A stretch of 64,000 bases of DNA from a virus. The position numbers were made by a program, and so were the translations under genes. The notes under the pieces were generated by a model. That model saw nothing but the letters and a program-made list of their open reading frames with translations, did not search any database and had not been told where the DNA came from. This document shows, piece by piece, positions 38,942 through 47,240 of the stretch. The stretch is taken from the IMG/VR virus record IMGVR_UViG_3300032224_000723, positions 1 to 64,000 of that record; one strand, given 5' to 3'. The stretch's first letter is position 1; every line of letters starts with the position of its first letter.

Positions 38942-39490
38942 ATGGCAGAAGAAAAGAAACCTTTATCACGTAGCGAACGTGAAGCAATTATTAAAGACAA
39001 AGCAGGATGGGTCATTGTTGTATTTGCGGCATTACTTGCTATCAACACTTACATGGGTGGTAGCAATGGCAGCAAAATACTAAACAACACTATCGATGCT
39101 AACAATACTTGGAGTTTCTATCAAGCAAAATCAATCAAGCAAACATTGACTGAAATGCGTTACGATGATGCAGTTGCCGCAAAGAATACAAAACGTGCGG
39201 CAGATTTAAAAGCAAAGATAGATCGATATGAATCTGATCCTGCAACAGGTGAAGGTAAGAAAGAGTTGATGGCTAAAGCACGTGGTTTAGAAGCCGACCG
39301 TGCAGTTGCTAAACAACGTAGTCCATGGTATACCTTTGCAGGTAGTTTATTCCAAATTGCTATTGTATTATTATCTGCTAGTATATTGGCTGTAAACAAT
39401 CAATTATATCGGGCTAGCCTATGGGTAGGCGGTGCCGCTATGTTGTTAATGAGCCAAGCAATTTGGCTGTGGATCCCGTCAATATTCTAA
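38942..39490 (+). CDS. DUF4337-like membrane protein
   Basis: NNTWSFYQAKSIKQ; FQIAIVLLSASIL. Confidence 0.75.
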   Translation: MAEEKKPLSRSEREAIIKDKAGWVIVVFAALLAINTYMGGSNGSKILNNTIDANNTWSFYQAKSIKQTLTEMRYDDAVAAKNTKRAADLKAKIDRYESDPATGEGKKELMAKARGLEADRAVAKQRSPWYTFAGSLFQIAIVLLSASILAVNNQLYRASLWVGGAAMLLMSQAIWLWIPSIF

Positions 39491-39568
39491 TACCAGAATT
39501 TAACCAAAATCTATTAAATACTAATAGCCCCATGGCTGAGCTATCGCTTGGGGTTTTGAGGTACAATA

Positions 39569-40405
39569 ATGGATCCGTTTACACTCTTTGCCCTAGCCAA
39601 CGGGGCAGTACAAGCCGTGAAAAAAGGATGTCAACTCTACAAGGACATCAAAGGTGCCGCGGGCGAAGTAAAAGGTGTACTCAAAGATCTTGACGATCAG
39701 TTCCACAAAAAGTATGACGGCAAAGCACCGCCACCGGAAGCCGTTAAACAACTCAACGAAGAAAAAGCCCGTGTTAAAGAACTAAACAAGCGTAGTGAAG
39801 AAACCACTGATATCTATGTAGAAATTGGTGACTACTTAGGTCAATACTATGATGCTTATTTCAAATGTCTAGCTGTGCTTGAGGAAGAAGAACGCCGTAG
39901 TGCTACAGAAGTTTATACCGGTGGCGATAGTCTAGCTAAACGTGCATTAAAACGTGTGTTAATGAAAAAGCAATTAGAACAAATGGGTGTTGAGTTGCGT
40001 GAATTAATGATATATCAAAGCCCTCCTGAATTAGGCGCATTGTTTACTGATGTCGAACTAATGACCAAAGAGTTAGGTAAACAACAAAAAGTTCTTATTG
40101 CCAAGCAGATGCAAGCAGACGCTGCCAAAGCCAAAAGACGTAAAGAACGTATGACCAAGTATCAATTTGAATTTGTTTTTGGTATGGGAGTGCTTGTTCT
40201 TATGCTAGTAATGGGCGGATTTTTTATGTGGGTTGCCCACGATGCACAACAACGTTGGGGAGGCTATATTAACCATGATTATCGAGACACATTAGAAAGA
40301 GTAAAAAAACAAGAATGGTTTGAGCATCAAAAGAAGTTACAAGAATACGAACTTTTCCTACAACAAAAAAGACAAGAGGAACAAGCACGTGAACCCGAAG
40401 AATAA
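39569..40405 (+). CDS. Coiled-coil membrane protein
   Basis: MDPFTLFALA start; single C-terminal TM; SD GAGG. Confidence 0.75.
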   Translation: MDPFTLFALANGAVQAVKKGCQLYKDIKGAAGEVKGVLKDLDDQFHKKYDGKAPPPEAVKQLNEEKARVKELNKRSEETTDIYVEIGDYLGQYYDAYFKCLAVLEEEERRSATEVYTGGDSLAKRALKRVLMKKQLEQMGVELRELMIYQSPPELGALFTDVELMTKELGKQQKVLIAKQMQADAAKAKRRKERMTKYQFEFVFGMGVLVLMLVMGGFFMWVAHDAQQRWGGYINHDYRDTLERVKKQEWFEHQKKLQEYELFLQQKRQEEQAREPEE

Positions 40406-40724
40406 AACACTGTTAATAGTATTGGGTTCGATACTTGGAATTTTTCTAGTACCTGCAATACTAATCATATTTCACGACTACATCTATGCATTTATTTTTA
40501 TAACAACATTCCTGGGTTGTTTTATAATATTCGGGTATATCAGTTATCAAGAATTACTACCTATTATTAATGCTGAAAAAATTCAAGAAGAACAAATCTT
40601 CCATCAATTTCACGGTAACAAAGATAAAATGCGTAGATATCATGGATTTAAAAAGCATTTTGACGGGGATTTAAATTTAGAAGAATTAGAGAAGTGGTTC
40701 TTACACCTTGACAAACATCATTAA
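40389..40724 (+). CDS. Two-TM membrane protein
   Basis: GTG start inferred; two hydrophobic segments. Confidence 0.55.
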   Translation: MNPKNKTLLIVLGSILGIFLVPAILIIFHDYIYAFIFITTFLGCFIIFGYISYQELLPIINAEKIQEEQIFHQFHGNKDKMRRYHGFKKHFDGDLNLEELEKWFLHLDKHH

Positions 40725-40864
40725 CGACGGGTATAAAAATATACACCAGTTAATGTTAAAACTGCTAAGATAGCTAACCCGAATATAACTAAGGAGATGA
40801 ATAGCCAAGCATTCTCAACTCCTTCTAAGTGTTCACGTAATTCGTCTAATAGGGATTTAGCCAT
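40721..40864 (-). CDS. 47-aa single-TM microprotein
   Basis: MAKSLLDELREHLEGVENAWLFISLVIFGLAILAVLTLTGVYFYTRR; TAAATA upstream on minus strand. Confidence 0.5.
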   Translation of the reverse strand: MAKSLLDELREHLEGVENAWLFISLVIFGLAILAVLTLTGVYFYTRR

Positions 40865-40975
40865 TATGTTGTTATTCTTATTATTATTCAGTATTTAAAA
40901 GTTTCTAATAGATCAATGTCATAGCACATATCAAATTTATGATTTTTAGTATAAATATTTGAAAGGAGTTCGAAT

Positions 40976-41539
40976 ATGGCTGAGGAAGTAGAATCAAAAA
41001 TGAGCGCAAGCGAAAAGAAAAAAGAAGATTGGATGAACAGCAAATGGCGTCCTATGATGGGTTGGATGTACATGAGCGTGTGTTCATTTGATTTCGTATT
41101 AGCGCCTATTATGTGGAGTTTATTACAAAGTTTAAGTCACGGTGCAGTAAATGTACAATGGCAACCACTGACATTGCAAGGTGCTGGTTTATTCCACATC
41201 GCAATGGGTGCTGTACTCGGTATCGCTGCACACGGCCGTACACAAGAAAAACTAAATGGGGCAAATAATGGCGGGCTAGGTGCCGGCACTACTTATACTC
41301 CACCAGCACCAGTCACCAGTGGAGGATTTGGAAATGCAACAACACCAGTTACCAACTCCAGCGGATCACAACCCCTCGGCGGAGGATTTGGTTCGACAGC
41401 GAGCACAGGAGGCTTTGGCAGTAGTTCAGGTTTTGGAACGGGAGCGTCTGGATTCGACTCCACAGTTGCCACAGCAAACCCATCAGTAAATGCTAAAGGA
41501 CAAAAAGTTGTTCCTCCAGCAGCGTTTCCAGAAATTTAA
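40976..41539 (+). CDS. Holin, 3TM (GTA-holin-like) with Gly-rich tail
   Basis: WMNSKWRPMMGWMY...LGIAAHGRTQEK. Confidence 0.8.
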   Translation: MAEEVESKMSASEKKKEDWMNSKWRPMMGWMYMSVCSFDFVLAPIMWSLLQSLSHGAVNVQWQPLTLQGAGLFHIAMGAVLGIAAHGRTQEKLNGANNGGLGAGTTYTPPAPVTSGGFGNATTPVTNSSGSQPLGGGFGSTASTGGFGSSSGFGTGASGFDSTVATANPSVNAKGQKVVPPAAFPEI

Positions 41540-41551
41540 AAGGATATTAAA

Positions 41552-41752
41552 ATGAGAGATTTAAAAACAGCATTTTGGGCAATATGTGTAGTTATTGGAT
41601 TTGCTTTCCCTGCATGGAACAACCATGTTTTTGCGGCAACACCAGTTAAAGCAGAAAAGAAAGTAGAGAAGAAAAAGAAGGAAGAAAAGAAAGTCAAAAA
41701 ACATAAAAAGTTTGATGGCACAAAAATTCCAGACGACAAAAAGAAAAAGTAA
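41552..41752 (+). CDS. Small exported Lys-rich protein
   Basis: Signal peptide, poly-Lys tail; SD AAGGA. Confidence 0.7.
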   Translation: MRDLKTAFWAICVVIGFAFPAWNNHVFAATPVKAEKKVEKKKKEEKKVKKHKKFDGTKIPDDKKKK

Positions 41753-41771
41753 TTAACTTTACAGAAAGAAC

Positions 41772-41800
41772 AAAAGGCAGCTTGACCACTGCCTTTTTTT
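41772..41800 (+). terminator. Intrinsic terminator whose loop holds the next -35 box
   Basis: AAAAGGCAG-CTTGACCA-CTGCCTTTTTTT. Confidence 0.85.
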
Positions 41801-41810
41801 GTTGTATAAT
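41782..41810 (+). promoter_or_regulatory. Sigma70 promoter, leaderless for DnaJ-class gene
   Basis: TTGACC-17-TATAAT-6 nt-ATG 41817. Confidence 0.8.
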
Positions 41811-41816
41811 GTATCA

Positions 41817-42650
41817 ATGAATCCATATGAGATTTTGGGTGTTGCTAAAACTGCAACCCCTGAAGAAATTAAAAAAACCTATCGTAAACTAGCTGCTCAG
41901 CATCATCCTGACCGCGGCGGCGACACTGCCAAATTCCAAGAAATACAAGCCGCATACGATACATTGAGTGATCCCGAAAAACGTGCTCAATTAGATAACC
42001 CAGTTCACCAAATGGGGCCAGGACATTTCCACTTTGATTTTGGCAATGGTGACATTAATGATATATTTGCAAGGTTTAATTTTGGCGGTGGTGATCCCTT
42101 TGGACAGTTTAGACAACAGCAACCTAGACGCAATAGAGATGTTAGAGCCGAATTAAATGTAGGCTTGCAAGAAACACTGAATGAAATAACAAAAACTCTA
42201 AATATAAAAACATCAGAATCACAACGACAAAACATCGATGTTAAGATTCCCAGAGGTATTACCAGTGGTACTACAATAAAGTATCCAGGATTGGGCGACA
42301 ACTTATTTGGAAATCTTCCCCCTGGAGACTTGTATCTAACCGTAAATGTATTACAGCACCCAACATATAAAGTCAGCGGATTAGATTTGGTAATGGGCTT
42401 GACAATAGATTGTTTTCAAGCTATACTAGGTTGTGAGCAAACAATCGTAGGATTGGATAATAAAGTATTCACCATACAAACACCGCAAGGTTGTCAACCA
42501 GGAACTAAACTAAAGATACCAGGAGAAGGATTATGGGGATTTCAACAAGATATCAAAGGCAGTCTATTTGTGGAAGTAGCAGTAACAGTTCCTAGAAATT
42601 TAACAGAAGAACAACGACAATTAATTCAAACAATACAAAACCAACGGTAA
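41817..42650 (+). CDS. DnaJ-class co-chaperone (CbpA-like, no Zn finger)
   Basis: YEILGV..HHPDRGG J-domain, G/F region, PGDLY C-domain. Confidence 0.95.
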   Translation: MNPYEILGVAKTATPEEIKKTYRKLAAQHHPDRGGDTAKFQEIQAAYDTLSDPEKRAQLDNPVHQMGPGHFHFDFGNGDINDIFARFNFGGGDPFGQFRQQQPRRNRDVRAELNVGLQETLNEITKTLNIKTSESQRQNIDVKIPRGITSGTTIKYPGLGDNLFGNLPPGDLYLTVNVLQHPTYKVSGLDLVMGLTIDCFQAILGCEQTIVGLDNKVFTIQTPQGCQPGTKLKIPGEGLWGFQQDIKGSLFVEVAVTVPRNLTEEQRQLIQTIQNQR

Positions 42651-42658
42651 ATATTTTT

Positions 42659-44935
42659 ATGCTTCAAACAAATCCAGAAATTAACACAATCATTGAAACA
42701 GCTACAGAATGTGCTGCCACTAAGAATCACGAATATGTGACTCTTGAACACTTGTTGTTGGCCATGGTCAACCATCCACCATTTAAACATATTATTGAAC
42801 AATTTGGTGCAGATGCCAGTGGCTTGATTGAAGACTTAGAATCTTATTTAGATCTTCAGACATATTTGATTAGCCAGGGCTATGATATTGTGCCTAAGAA
42901 AACACACAGTTTAGAACGTGTGTTTAATCGTGCATTTACACAAGTACTGTTTAGTGGACGCCAACACATGCAGGTCATTGACTTGTTCCTCAGTATTATG
43001 AGTGAGGAAAAAAGTCATGCAAGATACTATCTTGTCAAATACGGTTTGGAGAGAAAGAAACTTGTTGACTTTTGGAACTCAAATTACACTGAACAAAAAG
43101 AAAAGAAAAAGTCCAAAACTAATGCAGCTGATACAATTCTGCAAGAGTATTGTGAGAATTTAAATGAACTAGCAGAATCAGGAGAAATTGATCCTGTGAT
43201 CGGACGTGAAAACGAAATTGACGAAATTACACAAGTCCTAGCAAAACGCAATAAAAGCAATGTACTAATGGTAGGCGATCCTGGTGTAGGTAAAACTGCC
43301 ATTGCAGAAGGACTTGCACTGAACATTGTCACAGGAGATGTTCCAGACTATCTTAAAGATCACACTGTTTATAATTTAGACATTGGTAGTTTACTTGCTG
43401 GTAGTAAGTACCGTGGAGAGTTTGAAGAAAAACTCAAAGACGTTATCAAAGCATTGAACATCAAAGGCAAGGCTATTTTGTTTATTGATGAAGCACATCA
43501 AATGCGTGGTGCAGGATCAGGCAGTCAAAGCGGTCCAGACTTTGCTAACATGATTAAGCCTGCATTAACTAAAGGACGCATCAAAGTCATTGCCAGCACT
43601 ACATGGGAAGAATACACACAGAGCTTTGAGAAAGATCGTGCGCTGATGCGCCGCTTTTATAGACTTACTGTTGAAGAACCTACTCCTGAAGTAGCAAAAC
43701 AAATTCTACGTGGACTTAAAGATAACTTTGAAGAATTCCATGGTGGAACCATCACAGAAGAAGCTATTGATGCCGCAGTGGATCTTAGTGTACGCTATCA
43801 AACAGATAAGCGGTTGCCCGACAAAGCAATTGACTTGATTGATACTTCGGCAGCACGACTAAAGATTACTACAACAGACTTCGTTGTACGCAAGAGTCAT
43901 ATTATTGATGCTATCAGTAAATTTACAAAGATTCCAGTTGAGCAATTAGACACAGTTGCAGTTAAGAATCTTGAAAATCTAGAAGGTAACATCAAAGGCA
44001 AACTGTACGGACAAGATTCCGCAGTTACCGATGTATTGGATAAAATTTATGTCAGTAGGGCAGGATTAAAATCATTGAACAAACCTGTGGGTAGTTTCTT
44101 GTTCCTTGGACCTACTGGTACTGGTAAGACTGAGTTAGCAAAATTGCTGGCCGAAAATCTCGGGATGAAACTATTAAGATATGATATGAGTGAATACCAA
44201 GAGCGTCATTCAGTTGCAAAATTGATTGGTGCTCCCCCCGGGTATGTAGGTTACGATGATGGTAACTTGGGTGGTGGTTTATTAATTAGTGATGTAGAAA
44301 AGAATCCAAACTGTGTAATACTGTTTGATGAAGTAGAAAAAGCACACCCAGATGTCAGTAATATTCTTCTCAGTCTTATGGATGAAGGTATTGTTACCAG
44401 TAGCAATGGCAAGAAAGCAGACTGCCGCAATGCAGTTGTTATCTTAACTAGTAATTTGGGTGCCGCTGACAATGAACGCAACAGCATCGGTTTTGGTCGT
44501 AGTTTAGAAAAGTCAGGCGAGGATGATAAAGCTGTTAAAGACTTCTTTAAACCCGAGTTCCGAAACAGACTAGATGCTATTATTAAATTCAACAAATTAG
44601 ATCAAACCAGCATCCGTCGTATTGTTGACAAGTTTATTTTAGACATGAACGATTTGATCAGTGACAAACATATTCAAGTTTTGTTAACTGACAAGGCTGC
44701 TGACTATATTATTAGTCAAGGTTATGATAACAAAATGGGCGCAAGGCCACTGGCACGTAAGATTAACGAGTTGATTAAAGTGCCGTTGAGTAAACGTATC
44801 TTATTTGACAACATCACAAACTGTGTGGTCACAGTGGATTACACAGATAAGATTGAATTTGACGTTAAAGAGAATTTTGCTCTCTACGGCAACACTACTA
44901 TGATTGACGAAAACGGCTATGTTGTTGTGGAGTAA
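42659..44935 (+). CDS. clpA: ATP-dependent Clp protease ATP-binding subunit ClpA
   Basis: Clp N-domain; GDPGVGKT and GPTGTGKT; no ClpB middle domain; SIGF ClpP-docking loop. Confidence 0.93.
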   Translation: MLQTNPEINTIIETATECAATKNHEYVTLEHLLLAMVNHPPFKHIIEQFGADASGLIEDLESYLDLQTYLISQGYDIVPKKTHSLERVFNRAFTQVLFSGRQHMQVIDLFLSIMSEEKSHARYYLVKYGLERKKLVDFWNSNYTEQKEKKKSKTNAADTILQEYCENLNELAESGEIDPVIGRENEIDEITQVLAKRNKSNVLMVGDPGVGKTAIAEGLALNIVTGDVPDYLKDHTVYNLDIGSLLAGSKYRGEFEEKLKDVIKALNIKGKAILFIDEAHQMRGAGSGSQSGPDFANMIKPALTKGRIKVIASTTWEEYTQSFEKDRALMRRFYRLTVEEPTPEVAKQILRGLKDNFEEFHGGTITEEAIDAAVDLSVRYQTDKRLPDKAIDLIDTSAARLKITTTDFVVRKSHIIDAISKFTKIPVEQLDTVAVKNLENLEGNIKGKLYGQDSAVTDVLDKIYVSRAGLKSLNKPVGSFLFLGPTGTGKTELAKLLAENLGMKLLRYDMSEYQERHSVAKLIGAPPGYVGYDDGNLGGGLLISDVEKNPNCVILFDEVEKAHPDVSNILLSLMDEGIVTSSNGKKADCRNAVVILTSNLGAADNERNSIGFGRSLEKSGEDDKAVKDFFKPEFRNRLDAIIKFNKLDQTSIRRIVDKFILDMNDLISDKHIQVLLTDKAADYIISQGYDNKMGARPLARKINELIKVPLSKRILFDNITNCVVTVDYTDKIEFDVKENFALYGNTTMIDENGYVVVE

Positions 44936-45626
44936 ATTAAATTCTGACGTTAAAATAATTGATACAAAGAAGAAATTCTTTAATCAATATTTGTACAAAG
45001 CCGTGGTAAACACGCCTTTCTGCAGACTTATTTTAAGTAATCAAGTTAATTTAACCGCCGAATTTCAAAGGCGACTTGATTTGAGTCGACATTATAATTA
45101 TGGAGGTAGTTGGAATAAAAAGAACACTTCCACTAAAGCTAATATAAGTGAGATATCATATTATCAAAATCTTAGACTAAGAAATATAGACGAGTTAAAA
45201 TTTAGAGTAGAAGAACCTTATCTTTCAATTTACTCCAACGATGAAAAATATTTGTACGATATTGTTTCTCAAGCTGGTAGTACAGTTACAGAAATACATA
45301 AACCTGCAAGTGAATCCGCCAAAGATATTTTGAATCAAGGCAACATTGTTATTAAAAAAGCCTCAGACTACGAGTATAAAGTTGTACTAAGAGAAAGCAG
45401 TGCAATTTCATTCGAAGTTCGAGAACAAGTATATAACTATTTGATTGGTTTAAATGACGCTGTCAGAATGACTAGAAGTTGTAAACGCAATCTAACTGAG
45501 CGCCATTATTGGTTTACCAGTACATATTTTTATACCAAAGATCCGTCGGTGCTGACGTTTTTGAATTTAATTAGTCCGGACATAGTGTCAGGAATTTTTA
45601 AACTCACTGTGGCTATCGATAAATAA
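44919..45626 (+). CDS. Hypothetical protein
   Basis: 235-aa ORF; start inferred. Confidence 0.7.
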   Translation: MLLWSKLNSDVKIIDTKKKFFNQYLYKAVVNTPFCRLILSNQVNLTAEFQRRLDLSRHYNYGGSWNKKNTSTKANISEISYYQNLRLRNIDELKFRVEEPYLSIYSNDEKYLYDIVSQAGSTVTEIHKPASESAKDILNQGNIVIKKASDYEYKVVLRESSAISFEVREQVYNYLIGLNDAVRMTRSCKRNLTERHYWFTSTYFYTKDPSVLTFLNLISPDIVSGIFKLTVAIDK

Positions 45627-45648
45627 TTGTATATTCAAGGAGCCTTAG

Positions 45649-45813
45649 ATGGCAAAAGTTCAAGAAGAAGTAATCGTAATCACCGTCAGTAAATTAGTTA
45701 AAAATGACGAAACATCAACAGAGATAGTTGCCGACGATGTTATCACAGCATTAACATCAGTGGCAGAAGAATTACTCGGCAACGGAGTTGTTGTCGAAGT
45801 TAATAAAGCATAA
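45649..45813 (+). CDS. 54-aa protein MAKVQEEVIVITVSKLVK...
   Basis: TAAATA and AAGGAG SD; missed by ORF track. Confidence 0.75.
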   Translation: MAKVQEEVIVITVSKLVKNDETSTEIVADDVITALTSVAEELLGNGVVVEVNKA

Positions 45814-45835
45814 TCAACAAACTAGAAAGAAATCA

Positions 45836-46768
45836 ATGAGCGATAAAAAATCAGTAAGCGCAAAAGAAATCATGACTAACTTGGGTGCATCAAAAACTCC
45901 TGTACCCAAATTAACAAAACCAATTATGCCTGTTCCAGGCGGCATGGTTCAAAGCCAACCACAGCAACAAGGTCAACAATTTGACTTTAGCAAAGTGCAT
46001 GTTCACTTTGCTGTTCCATGTTATGGCGGTATGGTAAGTGAGCCAACAATGACCAGCTTCTTGCGTTTTACATTAATGGCAGCTAAAATTGGTCTAAACT
46101 GGAGTTTAGACACAATGGTCAATGAAAGTCTTGTAACTCGTGCTCGTAATAACTTGTGCGCTAAGATGATGACCAACGATCAAGCAACACATTTTATGTT
46201 TATTGACGCAGACATTCGCTTTGAACCAGAAGCTATCTTTGGTATGATTGCTTGCGACAAGGACGTTATCGGTGGATTGTATCCTAAAAAATCTTTGCCC
46301 ATTGACTACGTTATTAACTTGAAAAATGGTGGACGTATTGAAGGTCCTATTTTCCAAGTCGACACACAGGGCACAGGTTTCTTGTTGTTTAAGAAACATG
46401 TATATCAAAAACTAGTCAATGCACATCCAGAATGTAAGTATGTTGACGACATTGGTCTAGGCAAACAGTTCGAGCCTTTCATGTACAGTATTTTTGACAC
46501 AGTGATCGACGAGCGTGGTCATTACTTGAGTGAAGACTGGACATTCTGCCGTCGCTGGCAAGCACTGGGTGGCGACATTTGGGCCGATAGTCGTGTATTG
46601 TTGAACCACATCGGACACTATGAATTCAAGGGTGACTTGAGTGCATTGGAACGCAAAGGTTTGAAACGTGTTGATGTTAATACTCCTGAAGGTAGAGCGG
46701 CAGTTGAAGCTCAACTAAAGGCTGCACAAGAACAACAAGCACAACAAAATGAGCCAGCCACAGCTTGA
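45836..46768 (+). CDS. GT-A fold glycosyltransferase-like protein
   Basis: AVPCYGG, ESLVTRARN, FMFIDADI (DxD), GTGFLL, YLSEDWTFC. Confidence 0.85.
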   Translation: MSDKKSVSAKEIMTNLGASKTPVPKLTKPIMPVPGGMVQSQPQQQGQQFDFSKVHVHFAVPCYGGMVSEPTMTSFLRFTLMAAKIGLNWSLDTMVNESLVTRARNNLCAKMMTNDQATHFMFIDADIRFEPEAIFGMIACDKDVIGGLYPKKSLPIDYVINLKNGGRIEGPIFQVDTQGTGFLLFKKHVYQKLVNAHPECKYVDDIGLGKQFEPFMYSIFDTVIDERGHYLSEDWTFCRRWQALGGDIWADSRVLLNHIGHYEFKGDLSALERKGLKRVDVNTPEGRAAVEAQLKAAQEQQAQQNEPATA

Positions 46769-47210
46769 AACTGAAACACTGTCATTCCGTATAGGATTAA
46801 GTGGAACATACTGGAATCGTAGACCCGATTTCAGTGTGTTGATTAATGACAAAGAATTAGCTAAAGGATCTATTACTGAACCCAGTGAGCAAGTTCAGTA
46901 TATAGACTTTAGCTATGATTTTGTAGAAAATTCTACGAACAAATTACAAATCCGACTCACTAACAAAGATAACTCGGATGTCGTACAAAACGAAGATTGT
47001 ACTGAAATCCTCAAAGACATGTTGCTAAACATTGTTAGTATAGAAATAGATGACATTGATTTAGGGCAGTTAGTTTGGAGTTGTAGTAAATTTATTGCTG
47101 ATGACCCCAATCGACCAACACTAGCAAAATGTGTTAACTTAGGTTGGAACGGTGCATATACCATAGAATTTTCCAGCCCATTTTATCTGTGGTTACTTGA
47201 AAATATTTGA
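46749..47210 (+). CDS. Hypothetical protein
   Basis: Ends LGWNG..FSSPFYLWLLENI. Confidence 0.7.
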   Translation: MSQPQLETETLSFRIGLSGTYWNRRPDFSVLINDKELAKGSITEPSEQVQYIDFSYDFVENSTNKLQIRLTNKDNSDVVQNEDCTEILKDMLLNIVSIEIDDIDLGQLVWSCSKFIADDPNRPTLAKCVNLGWNGAYTIEFSSPFYLWLLENI

Positions 47211-47240
47211 TAGCTAAATACTACATTAACTGATTGTAGT

